A stretch of DNA of 63,769 nt. Source: Lama guanicoe. Its lineage: Eukaryota. The translations under genes were made by a program, and so were the position numbers. The notes beneath the pieces are model-generated. The model saw nothing but the letters and a program-made list of their open reading frames with translations, made no database searches and was not told the DNA's origin. Location of the stretch: positions 6,764,821 to 6,828,589 of the forward strand of contig MU055753.1 of NCBI GenBank assembly GCA_013239625.1. The letters are read 5' to 3'. Below are positions 24,911 through 38,345 of the stretch, piece by piece (positions within the stretch are counted from its first letter, which is position 1; each line of letters starts with the position of its first letter).

Positions 24911-26185
24911 AGCCTCGGTCCGTAATCCCCAAACTTTCCTTTCCGCTTCACACTATTCTCACTTGACAAATAAGGCATTTGACATTCAGAAATGTTAAGC
25001 ATCTTGTCTGTGTTAGCAGCTGGCCAACCTGAGCTCTGAACCTATTTATCCCATTTCCAAAGTTCCTCCTCATCTGTCTCTACCATCCCACTCCTCAGGC
25101 CGAGGAATCTTGACTTATGGGGGGAGTTTTTCATTGTTGTTGAGCCAAGAAGGAACCAGATAGCAGGATTTTACATTCTTTTGATTGGTTGTTTTTTATT
25201 TTTGTCTTTAAGCAAAATTGACCTGGCTATGGTGGCAGGAACCTTCCCACTTCATATGCCCTTCTGCTGAATGGTTTCTCATGCCTGAAATCACCTTCTC
25301 CCTTGGTAGCCATCCCACCATGTCCCTCAACTCATTTACCTTCTCCAGTAAGTCAACCCTAATTATTCGAGATGGCATAATAACACTCTCCTCTCTAATC
25401 AGAACAAATAGGCAAATAGCCCCAATCCCTCAGCAGTTGGTATTTCCGGCAGAGAGAAACAAAATTAATATGTTAGTAAAGCAGCCAATGAAATCCACAA
25501 AATTATGCAGCTTACCAAGCTGTAAGACACCTTAGAAAGGAAATGAGAATGCCCGAAGGCCTGTCATTTACATTCCTTGGTCATTAGTACAGACTCTGTC
25601 TTGGAATCAGGTAACCTTTCTAGTTGTGCTTGGATATCTGCAGATGAACATTTTAAAACCCATCAGTGTTCATTGTTATTATAAAATTAGGATCATCACC
25701 TACAATGTAAAAAATGTGAAAACTTAAAAAGAAAAAAAATTTGTTTTATTAAGTACAGGTTCTGCTCACAGTTCAGTGAATTTCCTTTTTGTTAATTTTC
25801 TGAATATTATAATCATCCATTATGTGTAATTTTGAACTGTAGTTTTTGTTTCACCCAACAATGTGTAACAAGCACAATATATAAGTATATATAACAAATG
25901 TGATTACATATCACATACTTTTTGAAAACATTTCAAATCACTGTATATTGTGCCATCAAATTAGCAAACAAGAGTTCAACTATAGGAAGTACAATTATAT
26001 ATAAAAGAACAGCCAGAGGAGGAACAACCCTCTTCCTAAAGTTGGGAATCTAGATGCTTCCCAGGGTTTTGTTCCAATACATAAGGCTGGTATTTAACAC
26101 CCTGGCACGTTCATTTCATTTTATTTCTTTGATCTTCATAATTCAAAAAGTTCATGTCTGAGTGGACTTAAGAATTAAGAAAGCA

Positions 26186-26565
26186 TTTTTTTTAAGATTC
26201 CACATATAAGTGATATCATATGGTATTTTTGTTTCTCTTTCTGGCTTACTTAGAATGAGAATCTCTAGGTCCATCTGTGTTGCTTCAAATGCATTTTATT
26301 CTTTTTTATGGCTAAGTAGTATTCCATTATATATATATCACTATATATACACATATACCAGAGCTTTTTTATCCAGTCATCTGTCAAAGGACATTTAGGT
26401 TGCTTCCATGTCTTGGCTATTGTATATAATATAGCACAGGGAACTATTGTCAATATCTTGTAATAATCTTTAATGAATATATGTATGTGTATACATGATG
26501 GGACATTGTGCTGAACACCAAAAATTGACACATTGTAACTGATGGTACTTCAATTAAAAAAAAAA
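26186..26565 (+). mobile_element. 5'-inverted (twin-primed) young L1 insertion
   Basis: 26186-~26425 is antisense L1; ~26430-26565 is the sense L1 3' terminus with poly-A; shared TSD aagaattaagaaagca (26170-26185) / aagagttaaggaacca (26566-26581). Confidence 0.85.
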
Positions 26566-27094
26566 AAGAGTTAAGGAACCAAATCTCTGCCCAATGGTTT
26601 AGCTGCCATGTGGCATAGCTCTGTAGGGCACGAATATCCCCATCTTTGAAATGGGAATATGATTACCCACTCTTGCAGGATCACTGGGTGAATCATACCA
26701 TACCTGAGGAAGCACCCTGTATGAATGAATGTTAATATAAGTGAGCCCATTATAAAGACTTTATCCAAAAGACAGATAATCCTCATGCCCATCTGGCTGG
26801 GCTAAATACTACAGAATAAATTTGAAATGGAAAAAAAAAGTTAATTCTGTCTGAATAGATGCTATATTAATAATAATAAATGATAATTCTAGATTGCCAG
26901 ATTTAGGGTAATTATTTTAATTATATGTTTCACCATCTGGATGACAGTCCTGGGTATTTAAACAAGTTTTCAATTAGTATTTTTGAGGAAGTGCCAAGAA
27001 AATCATTCTCTGAGTGCTAAATTTCTTTTCTCTTCTTTCATAATAATTTCCATTTGTTTTCCCTTTTAATTTTAGGTTTTAAAAGACCCATACT

Positions 27095-27335
27095 TCTGGC
27101 AGAGTGAATACATTGACAAGGACATTAAAAACAACAACTTGGGGATGAACTCTGGCTCTGCTACTTACACAGGTAAACGTTTGATTTCTTGGGTGCCTCG
27201 ATTTCTTTATGTGTCAAGTAAGAGAGGATGCGACCTGCAGAGGATTGTAACAAAAACACCACATGACAAAGCGTATCAAATTCTAGCACAGCGCCTGGCA
27301 CATGGCAGGCGTTCTATGTGAATCATCTCTTATTA
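27095..27335 (+). mobile_element. MIR SINE
   Basis: 'gaactctggctctgctacttac...gtgcctcgatttctt...ctagcacagcgcctggcacatggcaggcg'. Confidence 0.75.
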
Positions 27336-28526
27336 ACAATGGCAAGGGTGATGCTTTGAAAGTCACAAAGCTGTTCTGAGCAGCACGGTTACTTGTGTCC
27401 TCTCAACGCCCCCTGTCACTTGGAGATATTCCTGCCACCGTTGACAGCGTGATGACCAAAGGTCTAGGAGATTAAGTAACGCAGTCTGTGTCACTCAGTG
27501 TTCTGATTCCAAGTCTCACTTTTTTTTCCCTTACTGAACCGGGAGTTTCCTAGTATAAATGGTTTGTACTAGAGCCCTTCCCGAGATCTCCGAGGTTTGG
27601 TGGGAGATGATATGAAACTGATCAAAAAGAACTTCATGGTAGCTGGCGTTCATAGGTGGCGCTTTGCTAGGTGTTACTTAATTGCATCGTCTCAATTACC
27701 ATATGTTTTCGTCTTTATTATTCTCGTTTGTCACTTACAAAAAGGGTTTCACATCCAGAACCATCTGACTCCAACCTTGTACCCTTTGTTACAGGGGCTT
27801 AAAGGAAATTTTTAAAAATGGGTGTCGTAGATAAAGGATGGAATCTGAAATCCAAATATGAATGTCTCTCTGCATCTTAATTTCTTTGGCGCTTGGTAGG
27901 AGGCCTCACTGAGAGTATTTGGTAAAAAGCCCTGATCAACTTGTGAGATATGGGTGATAAAGATATTTGAAGGTGCTGGCAAAACATTTTCTCTAAGTAT
28001 ATACCTGAGTTGGAAATACAGAGCTGAACCTCTCCACACACCAGGGAGGGAGAGATAGCAACAGTGGATCATTGTCTCTCTCTCTTGATACTGAATGATT
28101 TGCAATCTGAAAGTGAAGTTGGACTGGAAAGGGGAAGAGAGATAACAAGGGAAAAAATATTCAATTTGGAGTTGCCTTCAAGGAAAAATGTCACCCAGGA
28201 AATGATTTTATCGGGTTTGAAATGCAAATGCAATAAAATCCCTGACATATTTGGATTGGTAAAATAATATATTTCAGGATTGTGTGAAGAGAGGATTTTA
28301 GTGCCAGGGAGGTTGTGTGTAGATAGGACAGGCTAGAGTTAGAATTTAAAAATCACCATCTCATAAAGCAAATAAAATTTCTCACACTGGGTCGTGACTG
28401 TGTAAAACGAGGTAGTCAGCCTTAGCCCAGCCTTCTCCTGTGACCATATCTCCACTTTTCTATAGTGACATATAAAAAAGAAGATCTCAGAGCAACATGG
28501 TCTATATTTCTATATATCCCCATATA

Positions 28527-28988
28527 GTGGACAGTTTTGGGGGTGTCTGGTCATCCTACAGTCCCACTTTTCTAATGACTTTCTGCCACCCTCCAGGTGG
28601 GCTTCTGTTGTCACACGTATATGAAAGAAACTTGACCAGCATCCCCTTCCGCCTTAGAGTTGGCTGCATTAGAAGTAAAAGCTCACCCAGTAGTAATGGT
28701 CAGAATCCTTGATGTCTCAGATCGGGGTTCAGTTGGAGCCAAGGAGCTGTGAAGATAAACATGGCTTCTGAGAGAGCAAAATGAAACAGCTATGGAGAAA
28801 TGGAAAGCACGACAAACAGAGCAGACATGCCCTGGAGCCCTGCGGAAATGGAGAGGCAGCCTTAGCTAACGATGCCGTCCCAGTTCCAGGCTGGCCTCTC
28901 TGGGCGCCTGGCTCTCTCTGTCTCCTGAAGTATCTCCAGTGTCTCTTTACCTAGTTCAGCTGAGATGAGAAAGGTCTTGACTGATGCA
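28527..28988 (+). mobile_element. Probable old MLT1/ERVL-MaLR LTR
   Basis: 'tgagagagcaaaatgaaacagc...ccagttccaggc...cctagttcagctgag...gtcttgactgatgca' resembles an MLT1 3' end. Confidence 0.4.
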
Positions 28989-29459
28989 GTGCTACCCCGT
29001 CCTGTGCAGAATAAGGCCTCAGTGCATTTTGGGAGATAGGTGGAACAACAGCATTGTGATATTTATTGCTAGTCTTAAATATAAACTTTCCTTTTGGGAT
29101 CAGTTTTCCTCGGTCTCTAACAGACCCAAGTAGCTGCTGCTCTCTGTTTTCTTTCTACTTTATAGGAGTGTAGATGGATTAAAACAAACAAACAAACAAA
29201 AAACAGAGCCCCTTATATAAACCCTGCATGGATCCAAGGACAAATAAATACTTTGGTGTCATTATACCTAAATACTAGGTGGAGTAAGTCCATATTTGGA
29301 GATCATTAGTCAACAACTGAGTCTCATGGGCAACAGCTTCATGACCCAAGATCTATGGCTGGAAAGTGCCGGAGTCAGAACTGAAGTCTTATTTGAATCT
29401 GACTTTGAAGCTTGAGTGATGTACTAAGTCTGTGTTAAACATAATGGCCCAGAAGTTCT

Positions 29460-29610
29460 TAGATAGATGGACAGACAGACAGACAGACAGATGATGGATG
29501 GATAGACAGATATATGATTGAGAAAAATGTAGAGAAAAATAGATAGGTAGGTAGGTAGACAGATAGACAGACAGAGATGGAGATAGAGATGGAGATACAG
29601 GTACAGACAT
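29460..29610. repeat. Compound (GATA/GACA/GGTA/GATG)n microsatellite
   Basis: Direct reading; explains the LSICLS-type minus-strand ORFs. Confidence 0.9.
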
Positions 29611-30117
29611 GCAGGTACAAGGGGGAGCATCTAGGAATTTTCATAGACACTGACTTGTGTGGCAGTATCAATGGCACATGCAATGACAACAAACAAAAAA
29701 GCAAACCAAAGGACCTCAAGGTAATCGTGAGCTGTATTAAGTGGGAAAATGGCTAGAATGAGAGAAATGAGGTACTTTGTGTGCAGTGACCCACAAAACC
29801 TGGTATTACACGTTTAGCTCTGCACAGCACCCTTTAAGAGAGAGGGTAAACCACGGGAATTGCCCAGCAGAAGGTCAGCAGAGTGGGAGGAACATGGAAG
29901 CTCATCATAAAAAAAGAAAAGAGTCAAGGGAATGAGATTTCTTTCTTGAGAGGAAAGGCTCTTAGTAATATCATCTCTTCTTTACTATCAGGACCTCAGT
30001 TTAATGGAAGAAGAGATAAACAGTGACAGTCTGAACTTGTTACTGGAACTCTGGATAGAAGCTGAAGGGAGTCAGAGTTAGGGACCATCTCAGAATGATG
30101 CTGAAATAGTCAGAAGC

Positions 30118-30743
30118 TGGGTTTCCCAAATCTCAGTCATCTTTTTGGACCACTTTCACTATATCTGCAGAAAACCTGTGCTATGTTTTTGTCCATTTTG
30201 CTTTAAACTGACTTTCTTATTAAATAAAAATAAGTATATTTTTAAAGAATACCTTCTAGCATCACCAGACATTACCATTCATCATAAATGGGAGTAAAGA
30301 ATAAAAAGTAAATAAGATGAAAATAACATGCTATGGAATTCTATCTGGTCTGAGGGCTGTTACCTCTGTTAGAAAGAAAGAGTAGACAAGAATTAATGTC
30401 ATAAAATGCACACTTAATTACTACCTGAAACTGCATAAACTGAATTACCCATATCATCTTCATGTTAAAAAAGAAATTGTATTATGTACATCTCACAGGT
30501 AGGTAAAACTTGCGAAGAGTGAAATAAAGTTACAAAAAATGGTAACTTAACATAAAAAAAGAAAGATTAGAATGTGTTAGAGAGGTGTTAGGGAGTATTG
30601 AGATCATGTCTGTGATGACTGAAGAAATGCCAGTGAGATCAGAAGGACATCACTGTCACTCTAGGAGAATTAATATCATTTAATATGTGTCATCTCTATC
30701 CAACATCCCTTCAGAGGTGCATCCCATGCTGTGGGAAACACTG
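30118..30743. mobile_element. hAT-Charlie non-autonomous element (Charlie4a/MER80-like)
   Basis: TIR-like ends 'ggtttcccaaa' and 'tgggaaacactg'; internal 'gtgttagagaggtgtta' and 'gatcagaagga'. Confidence 0.65.
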
Positions 30744-31379
30744 ATCAGGATGTCCAGCGATGGCTCATTTAGCAAATAGGGAACCTCAAGTCAAAGAATT
30801 ATTTCCAAGAGACCATATTCAGCACTCAGGGATGTTAGTAAGAAGGTTACCTGGCTACTAGGTAGCCAGAACCCTTCCAGCTCACGGCATTCATGATTCC
30901 ACGGTTTCTCCAGTTGGACTGGCTACAGAGAACCAGACTTTGCCTCCACCCAGTCCCACGGCTGGCACTCCTGGTTTGCTCCACAGGGTTGCTCTTTGAT
31001 GTATATGGATTTATTATGCACCACAGTTAAAGCTCCACATTTTCCAGGAAAAATACGAGAAGGGTAGTCTGTGCTTGGCTGGCAGGCAGATAAGTCTAGC
31101 CATGCGACCCTCATGGCGGCTCCTCATTTCTCAGTGTCACTGAGGATCTCTTATGACTTGCATTGTTTCATTTTCCTAGCAACGCAGAATGATTTCCTAC
31201 TGAATGCTTGGGAGACAGTGCCTACCGTGCCACCAAACAGTGCCAGCAGTGAGGAGGAGGGGTGAGTGGCACCCAGGAAAGGATCATGGGACTTCTCACT
31301 TTTCTTGTGCAAATGCAAAGAGTGAATGAGGACTGGGTGCCTCTCTGAGATGGAGATGATGAGGGCCACAGATAAGGGG

Positions 31380-31580
31380 GTGGAAAATGTGTGGTCTTGG
31401 CAACCAGATGTAGCTGAGCTCTGATGCCAGCCCCACCATATACAGTTGCATGAACTGGGGCAAATAAGTGATTTAATCTTTTGAAGCCCCAGTTTCTTCA
31501 TGAATAAAATGAGGTTAATAAAATAGCAACTCACAAAATCCTTATGAGAAATGGCTGAGATAACTTAAAGTAAGTGCACA
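31380..31580 (+). mobile_element. MIR SINE
   Basis: 'tgaactggggcaaataagtgatttaatc...gccccagtttcttcat...aaaatgagg...actcacaaaatccttatgag'. Confidence 0.7.
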
Positions 31581-31804
31581 TAAAACATCTGCTTGGCTCC
31601 TCTTTTCTGTGCATAATACACTGGTGCTGCAAGGCAGAAGGCTGAGCAGGAATGAGCCATAAGCTCGCCTTATCATCAGCTCACCTGCACATTGTCATTC
31701 CCAAGGAAGATGGGGCTGGGAATTATAAGAGGTGCTGGGTGTAGATTTGGGGGTAACTAAGGTAAACAAAGAAACCAGCCCTTTTCCCTAAATTTGCTGT
31801 GGCT

Positions 31805-32100
31805 CAGTTCATTCATTTATGTAGCAAATATTTCTACTGAGCACCTACCATGCATGGTATTGTGCTTTGGATTCACTGGTAGGAAAAATAAACAGTATGT
31901 TTGTGCTCGTGAAGATTATAGTCTACTTGGGATGGAGGAGACTAACCTTGACTTAGTAAAAACGCGTGGCATGAGTGTTCTGGAAAGTGACAAACAGAAG
32001 AGGCATCTATTACAGGAAGATCAAGAAAGTCTGCAGGGTCAGGAAATATTTCTAGGAGTGGGCAAATTTTTTAATCCAAGCCCTGAATAATGAATTCATT
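31805..32100 (-). mobile_element. L2 LINE 3' fragment
   Basis: 'ttcattcatttatgtagcaaatatttctactgagcacctaccatg...tatagtcta'. Confidence 0.7.
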
Positions 32101-32524
32101 CGGCTCAGTGGTGAGGCGTGGTGAGAGAGGGAAAGGCTGGATCACTGGAGGAATAAAAATAAGTTCAGCACGTCTAGGGGGCCCTCCTAGAGGAGCCAAA
32201 TTTTCATTTTGCTAATTAAGTACATCTTTTAAAGCAGCTATTGAACATCATAATTTCATGGAAGAAAGAGCATTTGAACACCAGGAAAATAAGGAGACGC
32301 CATTAGATTAATGTCAGCCCTCTAAATTGGATAAATTCAGAGTTATAAAATATCCACTTGGTTTTGCTCACTTTTACTTAAAAATGTGTCTCGTGACCAC
32401 TGTGGGTTTCCAAGAGAAGTGGAAAAAGGGCCAAATCATTATTACTAAGTAGGGCTTTTTAGCCTCAAATTGGTAACTGATTTTCTACCAGCGATGTGAC
32501 CCAGAAGATGAATAGCAAAGACAT

Positions 32525-32650
32525 GTATTCATTCACTCACTCACTCACTCACTCACTCATTCATTCAGCAATATTGCTTGAGCTCCATATATCTGTGCCT
32601 GACACTGGAAAAGAACAGCAGAGGCTGAGGAAGACACGATTTGTCCCAGG
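32525..32650 (-). mobile_element. L2 3' terminus with (TCAC)n/(TCAT)n tail
   Basis: 'attcattcactcactcac...tcattcattcagcaatattgcttgagctcc...gtgcctgacactgg'. Confidence 0.7.
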
Positions 32651-33434
32651 AAAATGAATGTCTCTTTCTCTGTCTAGTGGCTGAAGTTGGGGCTGAGTCC
32701 ACAAGATCTGAGTTGGAACAGTCGAGATTCCATCACGGCTGTAATTAGATTCAGCCCACCACTGGCTTCAGAAGTTTTCAGAGGAAGATCAGGACTTTCC
32801 CTTAACAGGTTTTGGGATCTGGACACTGGCCAGACCCTAGAGATCTCACTCCGCTTCACAGAGCCTCCAGCCTTCAGGGGCGCTGAGGGATCCTCTCTGT
32901 CAGCAGCCCCACCCTGGCCTGCTCTGACTCCGGCAATGGTCCTGGGGCTGCTGCCTGAGTCTGATGAAGCCTGTGCCTCTGGGCATGGGTCTGGGTGCTC
33001 TGGCCCATCCAGCCTTCCTCTCTAGCCACTCCAACACTCAGCGGTGCCTCAGGGTTTTCCCTCAGCTCTTCAGACCTTTGCGGGTCACTGCCAAGCACTC
33101 AGCAAAGGATCTTCCTCTAAGCGCTGCTGTCCCAGTCTCCCCAGGCAGCCTCTGTGCACTGAAAGGAGCCCCTCAGGTAGCGGGTCCTCAGGTAGCGCAG
33201 GCTCACTCTGTGACCGGAGCTGCACCAGGTGCTCGTCCATCGCACCAGACCACACGGTCGGAGACGTTTGGCTGATTTCTCCTTTCAGTCTACAGCAGGT
33301 GTGCTCCTCCGGCCTTGCCCTGGGGAAAAGGAATCCAGGGGTTTCTTCTCTCCTATGAATAGCTCAGCTCTTTCTGCACTTTAGTTCATTCAGATTTCTT
33401 CCCATCCCTGGGTTTCTCCTCTCCTCGTTCGCCT

Positions 33435-33557
33435 CATCTTCTTCCTGCCCTTCCTCTTCCTTCTCCTTCTTCTTTCTTTCTCTCTTTCTCTCTCATCTTT
33501 ATCTATATATATATCTATATATATATCTATATATATCTATATATATATATATATATG
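33435..33557. repeat. Polypyrimidine and (TA/TCTA)n simple repeat
   Basis: Direct reading. Confidence 0.9.
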
Positions 33558-34689
33558 CATAGTAAATAAAGCCAAGCTCTACATACTGCCTTCCTTCAAT
33601 GGCATTTTTCTACCTCTCCTCCAGAGGTAATAGTAAATGTTTTTGTATATGTGGTCCATATTTTATATACATTGACTAACCATTAAAGTAGAAAGTGTTG
33701 TAGAGTGTTTTTCACTTAGATAAAATGCATATACTCTGCAGATCATTCTGAAGTTGACTTTGTTCTCTCAAGATTCTGTTTGGGGATCTATCCAGGCTAA
33801 TACAAGGAGATCTAGTTCTTTGATGTTATCTTCAGTTCACAGTTCCATTCTATGAATATACTACTGTTTGTTTATCTGTTACCCTCCCGGTGGACATATG
33901 GATTGTTCTTTTCTAAGGGCTGAGGATATAAACATAAGGGGAAAAGTCAATTTCAGTCACATGAGCACCTGTTTTGCATCAGACATTATTCTGGGACTGT
34001 GGGCAGAAGGAAAGATATAATCCATTTACAATGGGAGAGACAGGGAGGTAAGCAATAATTGGATTTGCATTTTAGGAAGATTTATCTTGCAGTATGTAGG
34101 GCCTATGGGAAGAAGGAGTAGTTGGAGACAAGGAAAAAAAATAGGAATGGTCTGGCATGATCGGCAGAGGTCCAGCTGAAGCAGCAGAGAAGTCCAAATT
34201 CAGGCAGTGGTTGTGAGCGGGGGGGAAATAACATGGACATGGGGCCCACAGCGCTGATACAGTGAGGGTGCATAGGTGGGAGATGAGACCACACTTGTCT
34301 TTTCCCAAAGCCCTTGCTTACCCACCGAGCCAAACCTGTGCTGTCCAGAGAGACAAGGGTCGCTTTGTGGAGAGACCATGGGATTGAGATAAAACAGTGT
34401 GTAGTTCACAGTGCCTGCTCCTAAGAAGCCCCGTGGACTTAAGAAGTCCAGTGGGAGAGATGAACTCTCTAATACAGAGCACAGCTGTCCTGTCTACTGA
34501 TGCGTCTGATCCCAGCACTAAAGAGGCACAAAGGATGAACGGCTGAAGGAGTATTTCCAAGAGATGGTGTCATTTCGGCTGAGATGGAAAGACAAGTCGC
34601 ATGTTGCCAGGAAAAGAAAAAATATATATGGCTTCACTCACATTCTAGGTAGAATAAACAATTTTCAGGATTTTCCAACCAGGGACAAA

Positions 34690-34890
34690 CAGTTATGGGA
34701 TGATGACTAGGTGCTGGACACGGTTCTAAATGTTATTTCTTCCTCACAACCACCCCTCAGATAGGTCCTATGATTGCTTTTAGCCCCATTTTCTGAAGGA
34801 GTAAAGTGAGGTGGAGAGAAGTTAAAGTCACACGTCCAGTAAGCAGCAGAGCAAGCAAGGAATTAAACCCTAACAGCGTGGCTCGGGGAC
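34690..34890 (-). mobile_element. MIR SINE
   Basis: 'cctcacaaccaccc...agataggt...ccccattttctgaaggagtaaagtgagg...agagaagttaaagtcacac'. Confidence 0.7.
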
Positions 34891-35829
34891 CATGCTCTCA
34901 ATCCCTGTTCTAAATCAGCTCTCACTGTGGCTGCACACAGTTGAGCACAGATGCAGACAGTGGCTGTATTCCAACTCAGGATTTGGTCAGGTTTTCTGGG
35001 TGGAAGTGACCAGTAGCAAGAGCCAGACAGTGAGAAAATGGGGCAGGGGTGGATGGGAAGGGAGGGAGGACTGAGTGTGTGTGTCATGGATGCCCTGAGA
35101 CGCGGAGGCTGAGTAGGAAGGGAATGGTAAGGAAGGGATGTAGTACCAACAACAATCAGATGTTACCACAGGCTGATGCAGCCGGCCTGGGCTGCATGTG
35201 ATGCTCTTCTGGTCCCTGTTCTCAGTTTCCTCCTTGATTCAGTGACTCCCAGTCCTAATCATCTCTCTCACTTTGTGATCTGCATATCCAAATATTTTTT
35301 AAAACTTTTTCCATCTGGGAAATGTCCAGACAATCCTGTTGAGAGCAGGCATTGTATCAGTGTCAAATTCCTTCTTCTTGTCTCTCCTTCTGTCCTCCTT
35401 CGCACACTAGATGAGCATCTACTATTTACAAGACAGTGCGTTTTGTGATGCTGGAGTGGGCATGAAAGGACAGCGTGGGTAGTTACAAACATGGATCACC
35501 TATGGATTCTCTCCTCAAAGAGCTTGCAGTTCACTGGGAAAAAAAAAAGCACACATTTACCCTGAACCATTTTTTTTTTCCATCAAAGAAGTCCTGAAAA
35601 GTTGTTCTGTGATGTCAGGAGGTTGGGGTCAGGAGAAACCTCTCCTTTTCATACCATGCTAAATTGGAAGAAATCTCAGAAAGTTTTGTCTTTTGGTTCC
35701 TATCTTTGTGTTTCAGAATGCTGTGGACTTCCCACAGTTTCTGAATACATACCCAGTCTTGTCTGAAAAATTAGTAGATCTGTGATCATGTTAAAATATA
35801 ACTACTATTGCTATGATTAATGAAATATA

Positions 35830-36080
35830 AGTTAATAATAATAGCAAAGTCTTGGATAGCATTTACTATTCCCCAGTGATTTTTCTAAGTGCTTTCCAAA
35901 TAGAAACTCACTTGCTTTTTGCAACCATCTTATGAAAGAGGTACTATTATTATCCTACGTTATAGATGAGGGAATAGAGACACAGGTTATGCAGGTGGTC
36001 CAAAGCCACGTCACTAGAAAATGGCAAATGTGAGATTTACACCCAAATGGTATGACTCTAGAGACCGCACTTTGCACCAT
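35830..36080 (-). mobile_element. MIR SINE (near full length)
   Basis: 'aataataatagcaa...tagcatttacta...tctaagtgcttt...gaggtactattattatcctacgttatagatgagggaatagag...tgactctagag'. Confidence 0.8.
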
Positions 36081-36344
36081 TATGAAATGTTTCCTTTATT
36101 TATAAATAAATAAAACTGTTGAATACATAGAAGTTAGCCTTTATTTTCTCAATGACACTTTTTAAAAATTATCTCAGTGTCTGAAAAAGTGTTTTGGCCT
36201 AAAAAGAAAAAGCTCTCATGTTCAAAAAGGTTGGTTTCTGTAGATTTAAATTAACCTCATTTTACAGATGAAGAGGCTTAGAGAGGAAATCACTTTCCCA
36301 GCACTGCAAAGTAAGACAGTAACAGAGCATGGCTTAGGACCCAA

Positions 36345-36590
36345 GCAGTACAGAAAAATGTTGGTTAAGTATAGGCTTTGAGACAGAAATAACTAGATTT
36401 AAATTCCAGCTCATTCATTAATTAGTCCTATAGGCTGGAGAGTATTGCATATTTGCCCTCAGGCTCCATTTCCCCATCTGTAAAATGGGAAAGACATTAT
36501 ATCAGCCTCACAGGGTTCTTATACGAATCAGTTGAGACAGTGTATATAATGTGATAAGCATCATGCCTGTACATTGTTCCACCTGTGTTG
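36345..36590 (+). mobile_element. MIR SINE (near full length)
   Basis: 'gttggttaag...ggctttgagacaga...aaattccagctc...ctccatttccccatctgtaaaatggg...cctcacagggtt'. Confidence 0.8.
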
Positions 36591-37785
36591 TTACAGGTGT
36601 TTTTGTAGTTGTAATTATGTTGTTTTAATTCTCAACTTAAATGCAGTGGTGTATTCAAGGTACCACATGATATGCCAGGCAAAATAACCTACTTGTGTGG
36701 GAAAATGCCTCCAACCCCTCCAGTCTTCACTAATAGAAGCACCTACTATGGCCAAATAAAATGGGTTTCCTGACCTCTTATCACATTTGAAGTGATCAGG
36801 CTCAGTAGAAGAGGACCGAGTGTTCTTGCTCTGTCGACAATCAAGGACTCATGTTTCCAATTGTCAAGTCCTTCAGAAGATTCTGTCAGTGCTACTGATT
36901 TATCACATTTCCTTCTTTCTTAATTCACTGATTTTACTGATAGCTGGCAGACATCATCTAGGATAAAATGCCAACATGCAGGTTCTCAGATGAGAATTGA
37001 GATGTCAGCTAAAGACCTTCATTGTCATACCCAGATGCAAAAGAAAAAAAAAAAAGGAAGGTAGAGAGGAGGTGGCCAGGGCCAGGAAAGAACACAAATG
37101 ATAGGAAACATGTTGAGCCTGAGAGAGGATTGATCCCAGAGCTTCATATCCTAGTGTGGAGAAAACTTAGTTTGGGATCCTAATGACATCCTCCTGGTCC
37201 ACAGAGGCCCATCATTCTTCAAACAATGATGAAAGCAGATCCGAGCTTACATTCGTGCCTCCGAACCCATCATGGAATTGCACTCATCTGCTCATCTTTG
37301 GGCAGAGGTAGTTCAATATTCTTCATGGATTTCTGATTTTTTAAAACAATTTCCGACCCACTTCAATATTTGTCACATATTCTCCTCGGCTTCTTTCTGT
37401 CACTTTTGCTGTGTTCTTTCCTTCTTGGGCTTATGAAGATATCCATCCTGCTGGAAGAGATCATCAATAAAAATCACCTCGCTGGATGCTGTGATTAGCC
37501 AGGAACAATACTCTTCCTTACCCCAGTTTTTGCCAGGTCAACATCACGTGCTTTTTCACCTTCCATACTGCTAGCATCTTAGATGTTGGGAAGTGATCTT
37601 CAAGTGATAAATGATTAAATCTTCCTACAACGAGAGGATTCTGAGAAAAATGTTCGGCAGGCAGTACAGACTTTTTGTCAGCAAATTCCCCATCACACTG
37701 AGTGGGTCCAGCCCATGGTTCTTCACAAGCCATGCGGGCAGGACTTGAGGATTTTAATGGTATGCAACAGCATGAGTATAGGTCT

Positions 37786-38345
37786 GTAATGGGCAGATAG
37801 TCTTATAGTTTTGGCCAATAGCTCTTCTCTTTCTCCTGGTTACAGAATTTTTTTTATTCTTTGCAAAATTTTCCACCCTGGCCTGTCTTTCTTCTTAACC
37901 AATGATATCACCGTGTGACTGCAGCAAATTGATCCAAGCATGCTGTCCTCCTGGGCACACAACCATTGGTCCAGGAGCCTACATGGGACCCACGAAGGGT
38001 CAGTCAGAGATTGAGAAGGCCACTAGGAAAAAGATGCTTTCTCTTCCAACACTATGAGGTCTATGCAGGTCTGGCTCTTTGCATTCACTTGGAGAAAGTC
38101 TGGTTGAGAAATAAACCAACAGAAAGTAAAACAGATCTAAGAGATGGCAGAGAGAGAGCAAACATGCAGATGACATCATTTCAGCCCTTGCAGTACGTTA
38201 CAGCTGAATCTGTTTCCACACAAAAAGATTTCAGTTGCATATGTCAATCAAATGCCCTCATTCCCACTCCACCGCACCCCCATTTTCTATTGTTGCTTAA
38301 TCTAGACTTAGCTGGCTTTCTGTCACCTGTAACTAAATGGTTTAA
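37786..38345 (+). mobile_element. MLT1J/K-like ERVL-MaLR solo LTR
   Basis: 'cattggtccagg...catgggaccca...gagaaataaaccaacagaa...agagatggcagagag...gatgacatcatttcagcc...gctttctgtcacctgtaac'; contains most of the spurious 174-aa ORF. Confidence 0.75.

Noticed and set aside
29389-29719. Repetitive Leu/Ser/Ile/Tyr ORFs
   Set aside because: Translations of a GATA/GACA microsatellite
32687-33025. WD40-like motif 'RFWDLDTGQTL' in a 112-aa ORF
   Set aside because: Single short motif, non-ATG start, no second repeat or flanking WD40 pattern; most likely chance
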